Below, piece after piece: positions 39,654 to 49,160 of a stretch of 64,000 nucleotides of DNA. Location: contig CAWAUM010000005.1 in the NCBI GenBank assembly GCA_963785235.1, positions 416,001 to 480,000 of the forward strand. The letters run 5' to 3'. A program made the translations under genes and the position numbers. The notes beneath the pieces are model-generated. The model worked only from the letters and a program-made list of their open reading frames with translations. It had not been told where the DNA came from and searched no databases. The DNA is from an uncultured delta proteobacterium. GTDB lineage: Bacteria; Desulfobacterota; Desulfomonilia; UBA1062. Numbering within the stretch: position 1 is the stretch's first letter; the number at the start of each line of letters is the position of its first letter.

Positions 39654-41504
39654 TTAAGGCATCGGGGTATTCCTGATCCTCTTGAGCATCAGTCTTGTGT
39701 GCCCCTGAATATCTATCCCATTATCACCAAATCTCCAGGACAGATATATGGTAAGGTAATGCTCGAAGTGGGGAGTTAAGGAAGGCCAGTTCTCTGAGAT
39801 AACCCTGAGGTGTTCTTCATGTGTGCTGTTCTCCGGCATAACAAGGCCTTTTCCGGCCATAAGCCTGAGAATCTTTTCGTATGGAGGAACGTACCTGCGC
39901 CTGATGATCCGGTACAGGGCCCAGCCGCACAAACCAGAAACAAACAGCAATATGGCATATTTTGCCATGGATTCTAATTGTGAAGTTATTCGGGGTGCCG
40001 TGGTGAAGAGACTGGTGGCGAAGTTTATCTGATCATCAAGTGAGTACTGGATTACCCACCTGATCCAGCGGAACCGGAGCTCATCGATAATATGGAATCG
40101 TATACCTGGGGCTTGACGAGATGAAGGGGTTGCATCGATTACGATCCAGGTTTTGTCAAAATATTCTACCCAGGCATGGGCATCAGAGGCCCGGACAATG
40201 AAATAATCACCGCTTTCGTTGTATTCCGTCACGAGAAAACCTGTGACCACCCGGGCAGGTATACCGCATGAGCGTATCATGGCAGCAAGTGCCGATGCAA
40301 AATGCTCGCAGCTCCCTTTCCTGTGCGTCAGCACAAACCACTCTATTCCATGTCTTCCGGGTGGTATCTTCTGTTTTTCGAGTGTATATGTACATGTTTT
40401 CATCAGAAAACGCTCAATTCGATGAACCCGCAAAGCAGGTTCTCCCTGCCCTGCAACGTGAATCGCAAGATCTCGGACATGTGAGAGCTCATGGGGTATC
40501 TCACTACTGCCGGGATATCCCAGTCCGGCCACACGGCTTACCCAAACATCGTATACGGCAGGTGGTTCACTGCCCCAGTAAAGGTTCGTACCCCTGAACA
40601 TACACAATTTTGGCAGAACAGCGTGCACCCAGAACGGGAAAAATACATTTTCCGAGTTGAGGGCTGTAGAGTATATGGTCAGCCTATCAGTAAAGCTGCT
40701 GGAAACCGGCGCTACAGAACCTCGGGATTCCTGCCTGAAAAAACCATCAGGGGAGATGCCTTCAAGCCTTGCGCCTGAAAGATAGAACTTTTTCGGGGGC
40801 CTTCCTGATGACCACACCACCCTCAGTACAACCGTCCGGTTTTGACCGGATCGTCCGGAATCCTTCAAGTCAACATTTTCTGCAAAAGAAATCTTTCCCC
40901 GCTGTGAAAGGCCATGTTTGATTAATGATGATGCAGGCCTCGGAAGCAGATAGAACAAAAGGCATGAAGTAAGGATGATACCCATAGAGACCTTGAGCCA
41001 GTGCAGAGGCTTTTCAAACCAAAGTGCCCGGCGAAAGGAAAAGGACTCGGCATCCAGCGCGTACAGGGTCATAGGGATAAGGAATACCATGAGCACAAGG
41101 CCGACGAGGAACAGGGGGCTAACGGTGAAGATTGTTGCCAGCAGACACTGGGCAAAGGAGATTCCGACGATCTGATAGATCTCGCGCGGTGTCTTTTTCA
41201 TGAGGAGTCTTATGAGTGCAAGTACAAGGATCAAATCCCTGACTGCGGAAACGACAGCAGATCTTCCCATGTTGTTAATCTGGAATATTTCAAAGGCGAA
41301 GACACCGGTAATGATGGCTAATGCGCTCCAGGGACCGATCAGTTCACGGTCGAAATAGCTTAGCAGGATTATGACATGCACGAGTGCAAGGATAATAAAA
41401 AGAGGCCATGGCAGGAGTTCGGAAAGGCCCAGGCAGAACATCCCGGCCACGGAAATTCCAATAGTAAGGATTTTGATCTTCTCAGATGTATATGATCCGG
41501 GCAT
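39654..41504 (-). CDS. Transglutaminase-like domain membrane protein (TgpA/DUF3488 type)
   Basis: N-terminal TMs; catalytic triad motifs GSCEHFAS, HAWVE, DATP. Confidence 0.9.
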   Translation of the reverse strand: MPGSYTSEKIKILTIGISVAGMFCLGLSELLPWPLFIILALVHVIILLSYFDRELIGPWSALAIITGVFAFEIFQINNMGRSAVVSAVRDLILVLALIRLLMKKTPREIYQIVGISFAQCLLATIFTVSPLFLVGLVLMVFLIPMTLYALDAESFSFRRALWFEKPLHWLKVSMGIILTSCLLFYLLPRPASSLIKHGLSQRGKISFAENVDLKDSGRSGQNRTVVLRVVWSSGRPPKKFYLSGARLEGISPDGFFRQESRGSVAPVSSSFTDRLTIYSTALNSENVFFPFWVHAVLPKLCMFRGTNLYWGSEPPAVYDVWVSRVAGLGYPGSSEIPHELSHVRDLAIHVAGQGEPALRVHRIERFLMKTCTYTLEKQKIPPGRHGIEWFVLTHRKGSCEHFASALAAMIRSCGIPARVVTGFLVTEYNESGDYFIVRASDAHAWVEYFDKTWIVIDATPSSRQAPGIRFHIIDELRFRWIRWVIQYSLDDQINFATSLFTTAPRITSQLESMAKYAILLFVSGLCGWALYRIIRRRYVPPYEKILRLMAGKGLVMPENSTHEEHLRVISENWPSLTPHFEHYLTIYLSWRFGDNGIDIQGHTRLMLKRIRNTPMP

Positions 41505-42405
41505 CGGAGGGTATGACCTCTGGTGATGGCTGATGTATATCCTGGGCAAGGGCGAGATGCTTGAAGATATCGATTTTATGGGCGCGTGAAGATCCTATTC
41601 CGCTGTACAATCCATTCAGGACAAGCCCAAAGGGATTACCCATGCGGTGCAGTTCGGATATTAAGTAGGTGGCCCAAGATAATTTCTGCTCCAGGTAAGG
41701 CCCAGGCATCAGAACTACCACGCCGCTCATACCCGCGCCTCCCTCAAAGACCCGCGAAATGAGCCCATGGTGCTGCTTCTTCCATACTACCATTGAGAGC
41801 GGATCACCAGGCACATAGGGACGTACATGCGAGATGGAATCCTTGGCCTTGCCGCCCCCGGAGTCGACTGTTCCGGATGTAAAAGAAGGGTTGCATACCA
41901 GGGGTTCAGGAAAGACCAGTATCTCCTTTTGAACCGGGAATGTAATGGATTTTTCAAAGAGACCATAGGGGTATGTGGTAAATATCGTTATAGTTCCCAG
42001 TTGAACCTTACCCCTCATGGGTAGTGTTAAGTCTGCATACAAGACCTGTGTCTCCTGGCGCCCGAGCTTTTCGACCCTGACCAGTGAAAAATCTTTCAAA
42101 ACAAGACGGCCTGATTCATTCCTTGGGTTTCTTATCAGGTATCCCATTTTAAAAGGAATAGCTGCAAAGATCTCAGAGGGCAGCACCCTGTTGACTTCAA
42201 GATAGCGGAGGTTCATCTCGGACTCGATGCCCGAGACGATCATAAACGCCATCATCGCTGCAAGCACGAGGTAAAGGAGGTTATTTCCGGTTATCATGGC
42301 AATGACGATAAGGCTAAAAAGGAAGCCGAAGAAGATCTTACCCGGCTTCGTGAGTCTGAAGCCCCGGGGAGGCTTCAGGTATTTAAATAGGGATCTTAAC
42401 CTCAT
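41482..42405 (-). CDS. DUF58 domain protein
   Basis: TGNNLLYL, TYPYGLFEK, VFP, VRPYVPGDPL...WK; lies between moxR and the transglutaminase gene. Confidence 0.88.
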   Translation of the reverse strand: MRLRSLFKYLKPPRGFRLTKPGKIFFGFLFSLIVIAMITGNNLLYLVLAAMMAFMIVSGIESEMNLRYLEVNRVLPSEIFAAIPFKMGYLIRNPRNESGRLVLKDFSLVRVEKLGRQETQVLYADLTLPMRGKVQLGTITIFTTYPYGLFEKSITFPVQKEILVFPEPLVCNPSFTSGTVDSGGGKAKDSISHVRPYVPGDPLSMVVWKKQHHGLISRVFEGGAGMSGVVVLMPGPYLEQKLSWATYLISELHRMGNPFGLVLNGLYSGIGSSRAHKIDIFKHLALAQDIHQPSPEVIPSDARIIYI

Positions 42406-43318
42406 CGAGTACGTTCTCAATAATGTTTCCTGCGGCACCGTTCTTTGAAATGATCCGGTGTTGAAGAACATGAGGGGCAATACTCCTGATATCACCTGGA
42501 GTTACATAGTCCCTGCCATCGATAAACGCCCAGGCCTGAGATGCCCGCTTCAGCGCAAGGCCACCCCGGGGGGAGACCCCGAGTTCCACATCAGGGTGTG
42601 TCCTGGTGGCGCGTACCAGCTTAGTGATGTAGGAAAGGATCTCTGCATGAACCTTTACCTGAGAAGCAGCTTCAATCATGGCCATAATTTCCGGCTTATC
42701 CATTATGGGGCTCAACTTCAATGCATCTGCGTGATCAATATCCTTCCTAAGGATCTCTGTCTCAGACTCCATGGGGGGGTATCCCACATTTGCCTTGATG
42801 AGAAACCTGTCCAGTTGGCTTTCAGGCAAAGGAAATGTGCCGACCACTTCAGCAGGATTCTGTGTTGCTATTACCATGAACGGATCAGGAAGCTTGTAGG
42901 TCATACCATCAATGGTCACCTGCGATTCCTGCATCGCCTCCAGGAGTGCCGACTGTGTCTTTGGGGAAGTCCTGTTGATTTCATCAGCAAGGACAATGCT
43001 GGCAAATATGGGGCCCTTTACCATATCGAGACCCTCTGAACTGCTTCTGAACATATGAAATCCAGTGACATCAGAGGGGAGCATGTCATTGGTAAATTGA
43101 ATGCGTTTAAAGCTCAGATGGAGAAGCTGTGATAGCGATATGGCAATGAGGGTCTTACCGACCCCCGGCACACCTTCCAGAAGTACATGCCCTTTTGAAA
43201 GAAGCGCGCATAGAACACAGGTCAGAACAGTGTCCTGGCCAAGAAAGACACCATGCATATGCTGAAAGATCTTTTGGATGAGCCCCCGGCTGTTCATGTG
43301 TTGTACTGATAATCCCAT
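42383..43318 (-). CDS. moxR: MoxR-family AAA+ ATPase
   Basis: GHVLLEGVPGVGKT, RIQFT, LADEINR, ATQNP, LPESQLDRF, GVSPR. Confidence 0.96.
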   Translation of the reverse strand: MGLSVQHMNSRGLIQKIFQHMHGVFLGQDTVLTCVLCALLSKGHVLLEGVPGVGKTLIAISLSQLLHLSFKRIQFTNDMLPSDVTGFHMFRSSSEGLDMVKGPIFASIVLADEINRTSPKTQSALLEAMQESQVTIDGMTYKLPDPFMVIATQNPAEVVGTFPLPESQLDRFLIKANVGYPPMESETEILRKDIDHADALKLSPIMDKPEIMAMIEAASQVKVHAEILSYITKLVRATRTHPDVELGVSPRGGLALKRASQAWAFIDGRDYVTPGDIRSIAPHVLQHRIISKNGAAGNIIENVLDEVKIPI

Positions 43319-43521
43319 GGCTTTCTATCGGCATGTAACATATCCGGGAATAAATCGAAAATCAAATATTAGGGGCATAATGAAAGGAAAGGTGTAGACA
43401 TTATAGCTCCGAGCTATTGAGGTATACAATGACAAGAGGCACATAATTATTTATGAGAATATTCTCCGGTGCTTTCAGAAGATGAAAAACCGACAACAGT
43501 GTGAAATATTGCCGTTATCAT

Positions 43522-43716
43522 CTAGACTTCATCGGGAAGATGCTTTTTGATTTTCGCGAGAACCTCACTGATCTCTTTCTGGCGTGCCTTCAAGTAGTCT
43601 CTATATTCAAAAGAAGCCCTTGCGTGATGGATCTCAATACGAACAGTTACCTCTTCCCGATTCAGGAGCATCTTGAGCAATAATAGATCTTCCTTCGTGA
43701 CTTCCAGTGTTATCAT
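43522..43716 (-). CDS. Small hypothetical protein (64 aa)
   Basis: Strong AAGGAGG RBS; plausible helical sequence in an otherwise non-coding gap. Confidence 0.7.
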   Translation of the reverse strand: MITLEVTKEDLLLLKMLLNREEVTVRIEIHHARASFEYRDYLKARQKEISEVLAKIKKHLPDEV

Positions 43717-43889
43717 GTCAACCTCCTTTTCTATTTTTATAAGGTAAGGCCGGTTATGACTGAGTCAAGCCCTTGGCTATAAAAAACAATGAAACCAATG
43801 ATATAAAAAAGTGTGTAGTATATTGAAAAGGGATCTGATATGTAAAGTTTTATTCAGAAATCTCCGATACTCACCACGAAGGTAACATC

Positions 43890-46145
43890 ATGGCTGACAT
43901 GCGTTATAGGCAGATCCTCGAGGACATGGAGGAAGGTTACTACGAGATTGACCTGACAGGAACCTTCAAATTTGTAAATAAAATCGTCTGCAGGATTGCC
44001 GAACTGCCAGAAGATCAAATCCTCGGTGTGAACTATATGGATTATACCACCAAGGCCACCTCAAGGCGTGTCTATAAGACCTTCAGCAAGGTTTATCAGA
44101 CAGGGATCCCTCAAAGGGTAGAATACGAGATCCTTTTAAAAGACAATACCAGGAAAGTCATTGAGAATACAATCAGCCTTCTTCGTGACAATGACCTGAA
44201 TATTATAGGGTTCTGCGGGTTGGTGAACGACATCACCAAACGGAAAAGACTTGAAGAGCAGCTCCGCCAAAACAGGGAGCGGTTCGAGGCCCTATTTGAG
44301 AACGCAAATGAGCTTATACTGACTACGGATGCCTTTGGATATATCAAGAGGCTTAATAAAAAGGTTGAAGAGATTTCAGGTTATCCAAGAAACGAACTCA
44401 TCGGCAAGAGCATCCTGGTAATTGCACACCCCGATGATCGGCTTACCTATATACAATTCTGGCAACATCTTCTGGAGGGTCAGACCCCAAGATTCGAACT
44501 CAAGGCACTTACAAAAGATGGTATGACCAGATATCTCCTTGCCAGTGGAAGTGTGTTGCGAAGAGGTGGAAAAATCGAAGAGGTGCAGTATAATGCGCAA
44601 GAGATTTCTTCTCTTAAAAATGCTCAACTAACTATAGAAGACCTCAAGAACCTCCTGAGCAGTATTTTTGAATCAAGCCCGAACATGATTATATGCCTTG
44701 ACTGTGCTGGAAAGATCCAGATGGCCAACCCCATTACGGAAAGGATCTTCCATAAACCGATCTCAGCTATGATCGGTAATAGCCTGTCTTCCCTGAGCCC
44801 TTCGATGACCTCTTTTCAGAAAGTTATTCACGAGGTTCAGAAGGAACGAACCCCGCAGTTTCTTCACGAGAAAATACTTTCTGAAAATTCAAACAATGTG
44901 TTTGATGTAAATATATATCCTCTGACTAATCCTTCCCTGGGTGGCGTTGTATTTACCGCTGTGGATATCAGCGATAAAAAACACATGGAACTTCAGCTCA
45001 TCCATGCACAGAAGATGGAGACTATCGGTGAACTGGCAGGTGGTGTAGCCCATGACTTCAACAATATTCTGACAGGGATTACCGGCAATATCTCCATGCT
45101 GAAATACACTACTGATGAAAAGAAGAGGATCCAATACATCAATACCCTGGAGAATATTGCCGAGCGCGCCCGGGATCTCACCCAGCAGATGCTTGTTTTC
45201 ACCAAAAGGAATGAAGGCAAACCCGAACATATCTCTCTGAACCAGGTGATCCGAGAAGTCATTGATATGTCAATAAAATCAATACCCAAGAACATCAAAA
45301 TCGATTACAATACAAATGGAAAGGATTATGCAGTATTTATCGACCATACACACCTCACTCAGGTGCTGCTGAACCTGATTGTGAATGCCAAGGATGCCAT
45401 CGGCGATGATCAGGAGGGCCTGATTGCCATATCTATGAGCCAGATCCTAGTAGATAAAGATTCCAAAAGACAATTTCTCCTGGGTTCCATCGGCAAGTAT
45501 GCACACTTAGAAGTTAAAGATAACGGGATTGGTATGAATAACCAAACCCTATCCAAAATCTTTGATCCTTTTTTCAGTACTAAACAGAAAGGTCCTGACA
45601 AAGGAACTGGGCTTGGCCTTTCCATCGCTTATAATATTATTAAAAATTCGGGCGGTGGCATCCAAGTGAGCTCTTCTGAGGGCAAGGGGTCAACTTTCAG
45701 CATTTTGTTGCCGGTATCCAAACTCAAAGAAAAGGCATTACCTTCCGAGGATAAAGTTTCCCAGTACATTTCCAAACACAAAGCGAGGATTCTGATTGTG
45801 GATGATGAGGAAATGCTCAGAGACATTGGAAAAGAAATGCTTAATCTGTTAGGTCATTCTGTTGAGACTGCATGCAATGGTCATGAATGCATGGAGGTCC
45901 TTAAAAATGACCCAATGGGATTTGACCTCATCATCCTTGATATGATTATGCCCGGGCTGGATGGTTATCACACCCTTGTGGAAATGGAGAAGCTCAAGAT
46001 AGATACAAGGGTTGTCATCTCATCAGGTTTCTCTTTTGAGCACGAGAAACAAGATTTTTTTTCAAATCCCCTGATAGTAGCTAAACTGAATAAACCCTTT
46101 AACTTAACCGAACTTTCCCAGATCCTCGAAGAAGCCCTTTCTTAG
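43890..46145 (+). CDS. Hybrid sensor kinase (3 PAS, HisKA, HATPase, receiver)
   Basis: LAGGVAHDFNN, NLIVNAKDA, FDPFFSTK, GTGLGL, VDDE...LDMIMP...KPF. Confidence 0.95.
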   Translation: MADMRYRQILEDMEEGYYEIDLTGTFKFVNKIVCRIAELPEDQILGVNYMDYTTKATSRRVYKTFSKVYQTGIPQRVEYEILLKDNTRKVIENTISLLRDNDLNIIGFCGLVNDITKRKRLEEQLRQNRERFEALFENANELILTTDAFGYIKRLNKKVEEISGYPRNELIGKSILVIAHPDDRLTYIQFWQHLLEGQTPRFELKALTKDGMTRYLLASGSVLRRGGKIEEVQYNAQEISSLKNAQLTIEDLKNLLSSIFESSPNMIICLDCAGKIQMANPITERIFHKPISAMIGNSLSSLSPSMTSFQKVIHEVQKERTPQFLHEKILSENSNNVFDVNIYPLTNPSLGGVVFTAVDISDKKHMELQLIHAQKMETIGELAGGVAHDFNNILTGITGNISMLKYTTDEKKRIQYINTLENIAERARDLTQQMLVFTKRNEGKPEHISLNQVIREVIDMSIKSIPKNIKIDYNTNGKDYAVFIDHTHLTQVLLNLIVNAKDAIGDDQEGLIAISMSQILVDKDSKRQFLLGSIGKYAHLEVKDNGIGMNNQTLSKIFDPFFSTKQKGPDKGTGLGLSIAYNIIKNSGGGIQVSSSEGKGSTFSILLPVSKLKEKALPSEDKVSQYISKHKARILIVDDEEMLRDIGKEMLNLLGHSVETACNGHECMEVLKNDPMGFDLIILDMIMPGLDGYHTLVEMEKLKIDTRVVISSGFSFEHEKQDFFSNPLIVAKLNKPFNLTELSQILEEALS

Positions 46146-46307
46146 CGTGATCCGTAATCAGTAAACAGTTATCCTTATTGATAATATCATCACTTATCAC
46201 TTTCATAATAACTTATCTTCCCTTTGACCCCTGCCGATACTATCATTACGTCTAGATATGAGTTAATCCGCCCAAGACTTCATTAAATAATTCGGGGGCA
46301 CATACAC

Positions 46308-47840
46308 ATGGCATACAACAGCGAATTTCACGACACATTCTTCGAGGACCTGTTTGAGAACTCAACAGCCGTATCGGCTGTTACTGATGAAAACGGCATA
46401 CTGAAGAAAGTGAATAAGAGATCACTGGAGATGTTCTTCGGCCAGGTCCAAGATAAGAATTCCGTGATTGGGAGAAACATCCTGGAATTTATACATAAGG
46501 ATGACAAACCAAAGGTAATAGAACTCTGGAAGCAGAGTATGTTGGAAAAAAAGGAAGTCAGGTATGAGCTTCGCATGACCTCAAATGAAGGTCATGTAAT
46601 GTATTTCCTTATCAGCGGCCGGCCCATCATAAGAGACGGCAAGATTGTCATGTTCCATTACCAGGCCCTTAACATGATCGATCAAAAGGTCCAGGAGCAA
46701 AATATGCTGCACTCTGCAAGCGCGGAGATCCTTACTCAGCTCGCAGGTGGATTTGCACATGACTTTAACAACCTGCTCACGGTAATAAATGGGTATTCCG
46801 AGATCCTGAAGATGTCCATTGATGAACACAACCCTTTGCACCACAAAATCAGCCAGATATGCTTAGCCGGCAAACAGGCATCTGTCCTTACCAACAGGAT
46901 GTTGGATTTCAGCAGGAGGAATAAAGCTGAAGCAAAACCCCTTGATGTCAATACTGAAATTACCAACCAGGAAAGCATTATCAAACATGTGATTGGTCAA
47001 AATATAACGGTAAATTTTGAAAAATCAGCAGATCTTGCCCCGATAACCATAGGACCTTCCACATTCAGCAACCTCCTCATCAACCTGGCCGTGAATGCGA
47101 AGGAAGCTATGTCAAAGGGCGGGGAAATAACTATCGGGACCGAAGGTATAACTGTCAATGCCGCCAATGAGAAGGTGTACCCCCAGGTGCCCCATGGTGA
47201 TTACATGCTGCTGAGAGTAAAGGACACAGGAGAAGGTATGACAGAAGAGGTCAAGCGTCAGATATTCGACCCCTTCTTCTCTACCCGTGAGAGTGGGAAG
47301 GGTATTGGTTTGTGGACAGTCCATAACATTGTCAGTGCAGCACGAGGATTTATTGTTGTAGACACGGAGCCTGGATCAGGAACAACCTTTTCAATACTGT
47401 TCCCCTTTTCTTCCCATGAGGCCGAAAGGGTCGTTCATAGTAAGACAAGACCGACAAAGCCTGAAGTACTCCCTTCCGAATTCAAGACGATACTTATTGT
47501 TGAAGATGATGATACGGTTCGCGACCTCGTATGCGAGATCCTCAAACAGCAAGGTCATGTAATCCTGACTGCCCGCAACGGTGGGGATGCACTACAACTT
47601 GCACGTCAGTATGAAGGCCATATCGACCTCCTCATCACAGACATGGTTATGCGCAGAATTGATGGAAAAATGCTCTCCAGGAAGATAAGGTCAATCTGGC
47701 CGCACATCAAGATAATGTTCATGTCAGGTTACGGAGGCGATGTGATCAGTGATAGCGACCTCAAAGGGAATGTGTTTCTCTCAAAGCCTTTCCTGCCGCA
47801 GGACCTCATTGATAAGGTCAGGGAAGTATTTCAGGGATGA
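46308..47840 (+). CDS. Hybrid sensor kinase (PAS, HisKA, HATPase, receiver), CckA-like
   Basis: LAGGFAHDFNN, NLAVNAKEAM, FDPFFST, VEDD...TDMVM...SGY...KPF. Confidence 0.95.
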   Translation: MAYNSEFHDTFFEDLFENSTAVSAVTDENGILKKVNKRSLEMFFGQVQDKNSVIGRNILEFIHKDDKPKVIELWKQSMLEKKEVRYELRMTSNEGHVMYFLISGRPIIRDGKIVMFHYQALNMIDQKVQEQNMLHSASAEILTQLAGGFAHDFNNLLTVINGYSEILKMSIDEHNPLHHKISQICLAGKQASVLTNRMLDFSRRNKAEAKPLDVNTEITNQESIIKHVIGQNITVNFEKSADLAPITIGPSTFSNLLINLAVNAKEAMSKGGEITIGTEGITVNAANEKVYPQVPHGDYMLLRVKDTGEGMTEEVKRQIFDPFFSTRESGKGIGLWTVHNIVSAARGFIVVDTEPGSGTTFSILFPFSSHEAERVVHSKTRPTKPEVLPSEFKTILIVEDDDTVRDLVCEILKQQGHVILTARNGGDALQLARQYEGHIDLLITDMVMRRIDGKMLSRKIRSIWPHIKIMFMSGYGGDVISDSDLKGNVFLSKPFLPQDLIDKVREVFQG

Positions 47841-47842
47841 GA

Positions 47843-48532
47843 TTAACGAACAGTACATCTTTTGACCTGGTGACTAAGCTCTATGATAAGATTCTCTATC
47901 TCTTTATCGGTAAAAGATGCCTCCTTTATGTATGCCTGGTCTACATGCTTCGAAGAGACAAATTTTTGGAGTATGTACAATTGCGCTCCTTGAATCATCT
48001 TTGCTAGGTTTATTATATCTACCGGGCGGAGAAGAGAATTAACAATGGTTGTGCGGAACTCATAAGCAAGACCTGAAGCCATCAGCAAAGCGATACTTTT
48101 CTTTATATGAGTTATGTTCACAAGAGACCCCGCTACAAGAGAATACTTGTCCAACGGTGCCTTGATATCCATTGCTACATAATCAAGAACGTTTCCTCGA
48201 AAAGCATCTTGGAGTACTTTCGGTCTTGAGCCGTTGGTGTCAAGTTTTACCAGGTAACCCATGGATTTCACCTTCTGCATGAATGCGATAAGACCTGGTT
48301 GTAAAGTCGGTTCTCCCCCTGATATGACTACAGCATCAAGCTTTTCCCTCCTTTTTTCAAGAAAGGTGTATACATCTCTCAAAAGGATAGTATCACCATA
48401 ACGTCTCTTGTCTACAAGCTCAGGATTGTGACAGTAGGGACACCGGAAATTACAGCCTTGAGTAAAGACCACTGCACTTATCTTACCCGGATAATCGATA
48501 AATGATGTCTTTTGTACATAGCCGATCTTCAT
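47843..48532 (-). CDS. nrdG: Anaerobic ribonucleotide reductase activating radical-SAM protein
   Basis: IDYPG, CNFRCPYCHN, SGGEPT, KLDTNG, EFRTT. Confidence 0.93.
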   Translation of the reverse strand: MKIGYVQKTSFIDYPGKISAVVFTQGCNFRCPYCHNPELVDKRRYGDTILLRDVYTFLEKRREKLDAVVISGGEPTLQPGLIAFMQKVKSMGYLVKLDTNGSRPKVLQDAFRGNVLDYVAMDIKAPLDKYSLVAGSLVNITHIKKSIALLMASGLAYEFRTTIVNSLLRPVDIINLAKMIQGAQLYILQKFVSSKHVDQAYIKEASFTDKEIENLIIELSHQVKRCTVR

Positions 48533-48679
48533 ACGATACTCACAATAAATAATTTATCGATAAAACCATTAATGATGATACAAATGATATGCATACAAAA
48601 CCAATGCCCTTGCATGTTTTGGCAAATAAATATAAATTGATCATTCAAGATATCCTTTCATAAGGACGATTTAATAATC

Positions 48680-49063
48680 ATGGCAAAGGCACGCATATTA
48701 ATAATGGATGATGAAGATCTTATTCTTGATGTTGTGAGCAGCATGCTTGAATACCTGGGATATGAGGTGGAACTCTCGAGGAACGGGCAGGAGGCCATTG
48801 AAAGATACAGTGCCGCACTGCAGGAAGGAAAGCCATTTGGTGCCGTAATTATGGACCTCACCATACCAGGAAGCCGTGGAGGCAAGGATGTCATCCAGGA
48901 TCTCATTCAACTTGACCCTTCGGTGAAGGCAATTGTGTCGAGCGGATACTCCAATGATCCGATCATGACAAACTGTAAAGAATATGGCTTCAAGGGTGTC
49001 ATCAAGAAGCCGTTCAAGATGGAAGACCTCAGCGAAGTCATTGCACAGACCCTAAGTAATTAA
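48680..49063 (+). CDS. Single-domain response regulator (receiver)
   Basis: MDDE, MDLTIPG, SSGY, KPF. Confidence 0.93.
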   Translation: MAKARILIMDDEDLILDVVSSMLEYLGYEVELSRNGQEAIERYSAALQEGKPFGAVIMDLTIPGSRGGKDVIQDLIQLDPSVKAIVSSGYSNDPIMTNCKEYGFKGVIKKPFKMEDLSEVIAQTLSN

Positions 49064-49081
49064 GGATGACCTGAATTATAA

Positions 49082-49154
49082 GGCACCAGGCCTTATGCAT
49101 AAGGTTTTTCATAATACATTTGCATGCATAACCTCGTGCCTAAGGCCAGGTGCC
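49082..49154. repeat. Imperfect 25-bp inverted repeat between convergent genes (possible bidirectional terminator)
   Basis: GGCACCAGGCCTTATGCATAAGGTT ... AACCTCGTGCCTAAGGCCAGGTGCC, 21/25 complementary. Confidence 0.7.
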
Positions 49155-49160
49155 AAACCT

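Noticed and set aside
42458-43039. 193-aa plus-strand ORF
   Set aside because: Antisense shadow of moxR with no motifs.
46180-46198. Fur-box-like GATAATATCATCACTTATC between the two hybrid kinases
   Set aside because: Only 12/19 identity to the consensus in AT-rich DNA, and no iron-related gene is adjacent.
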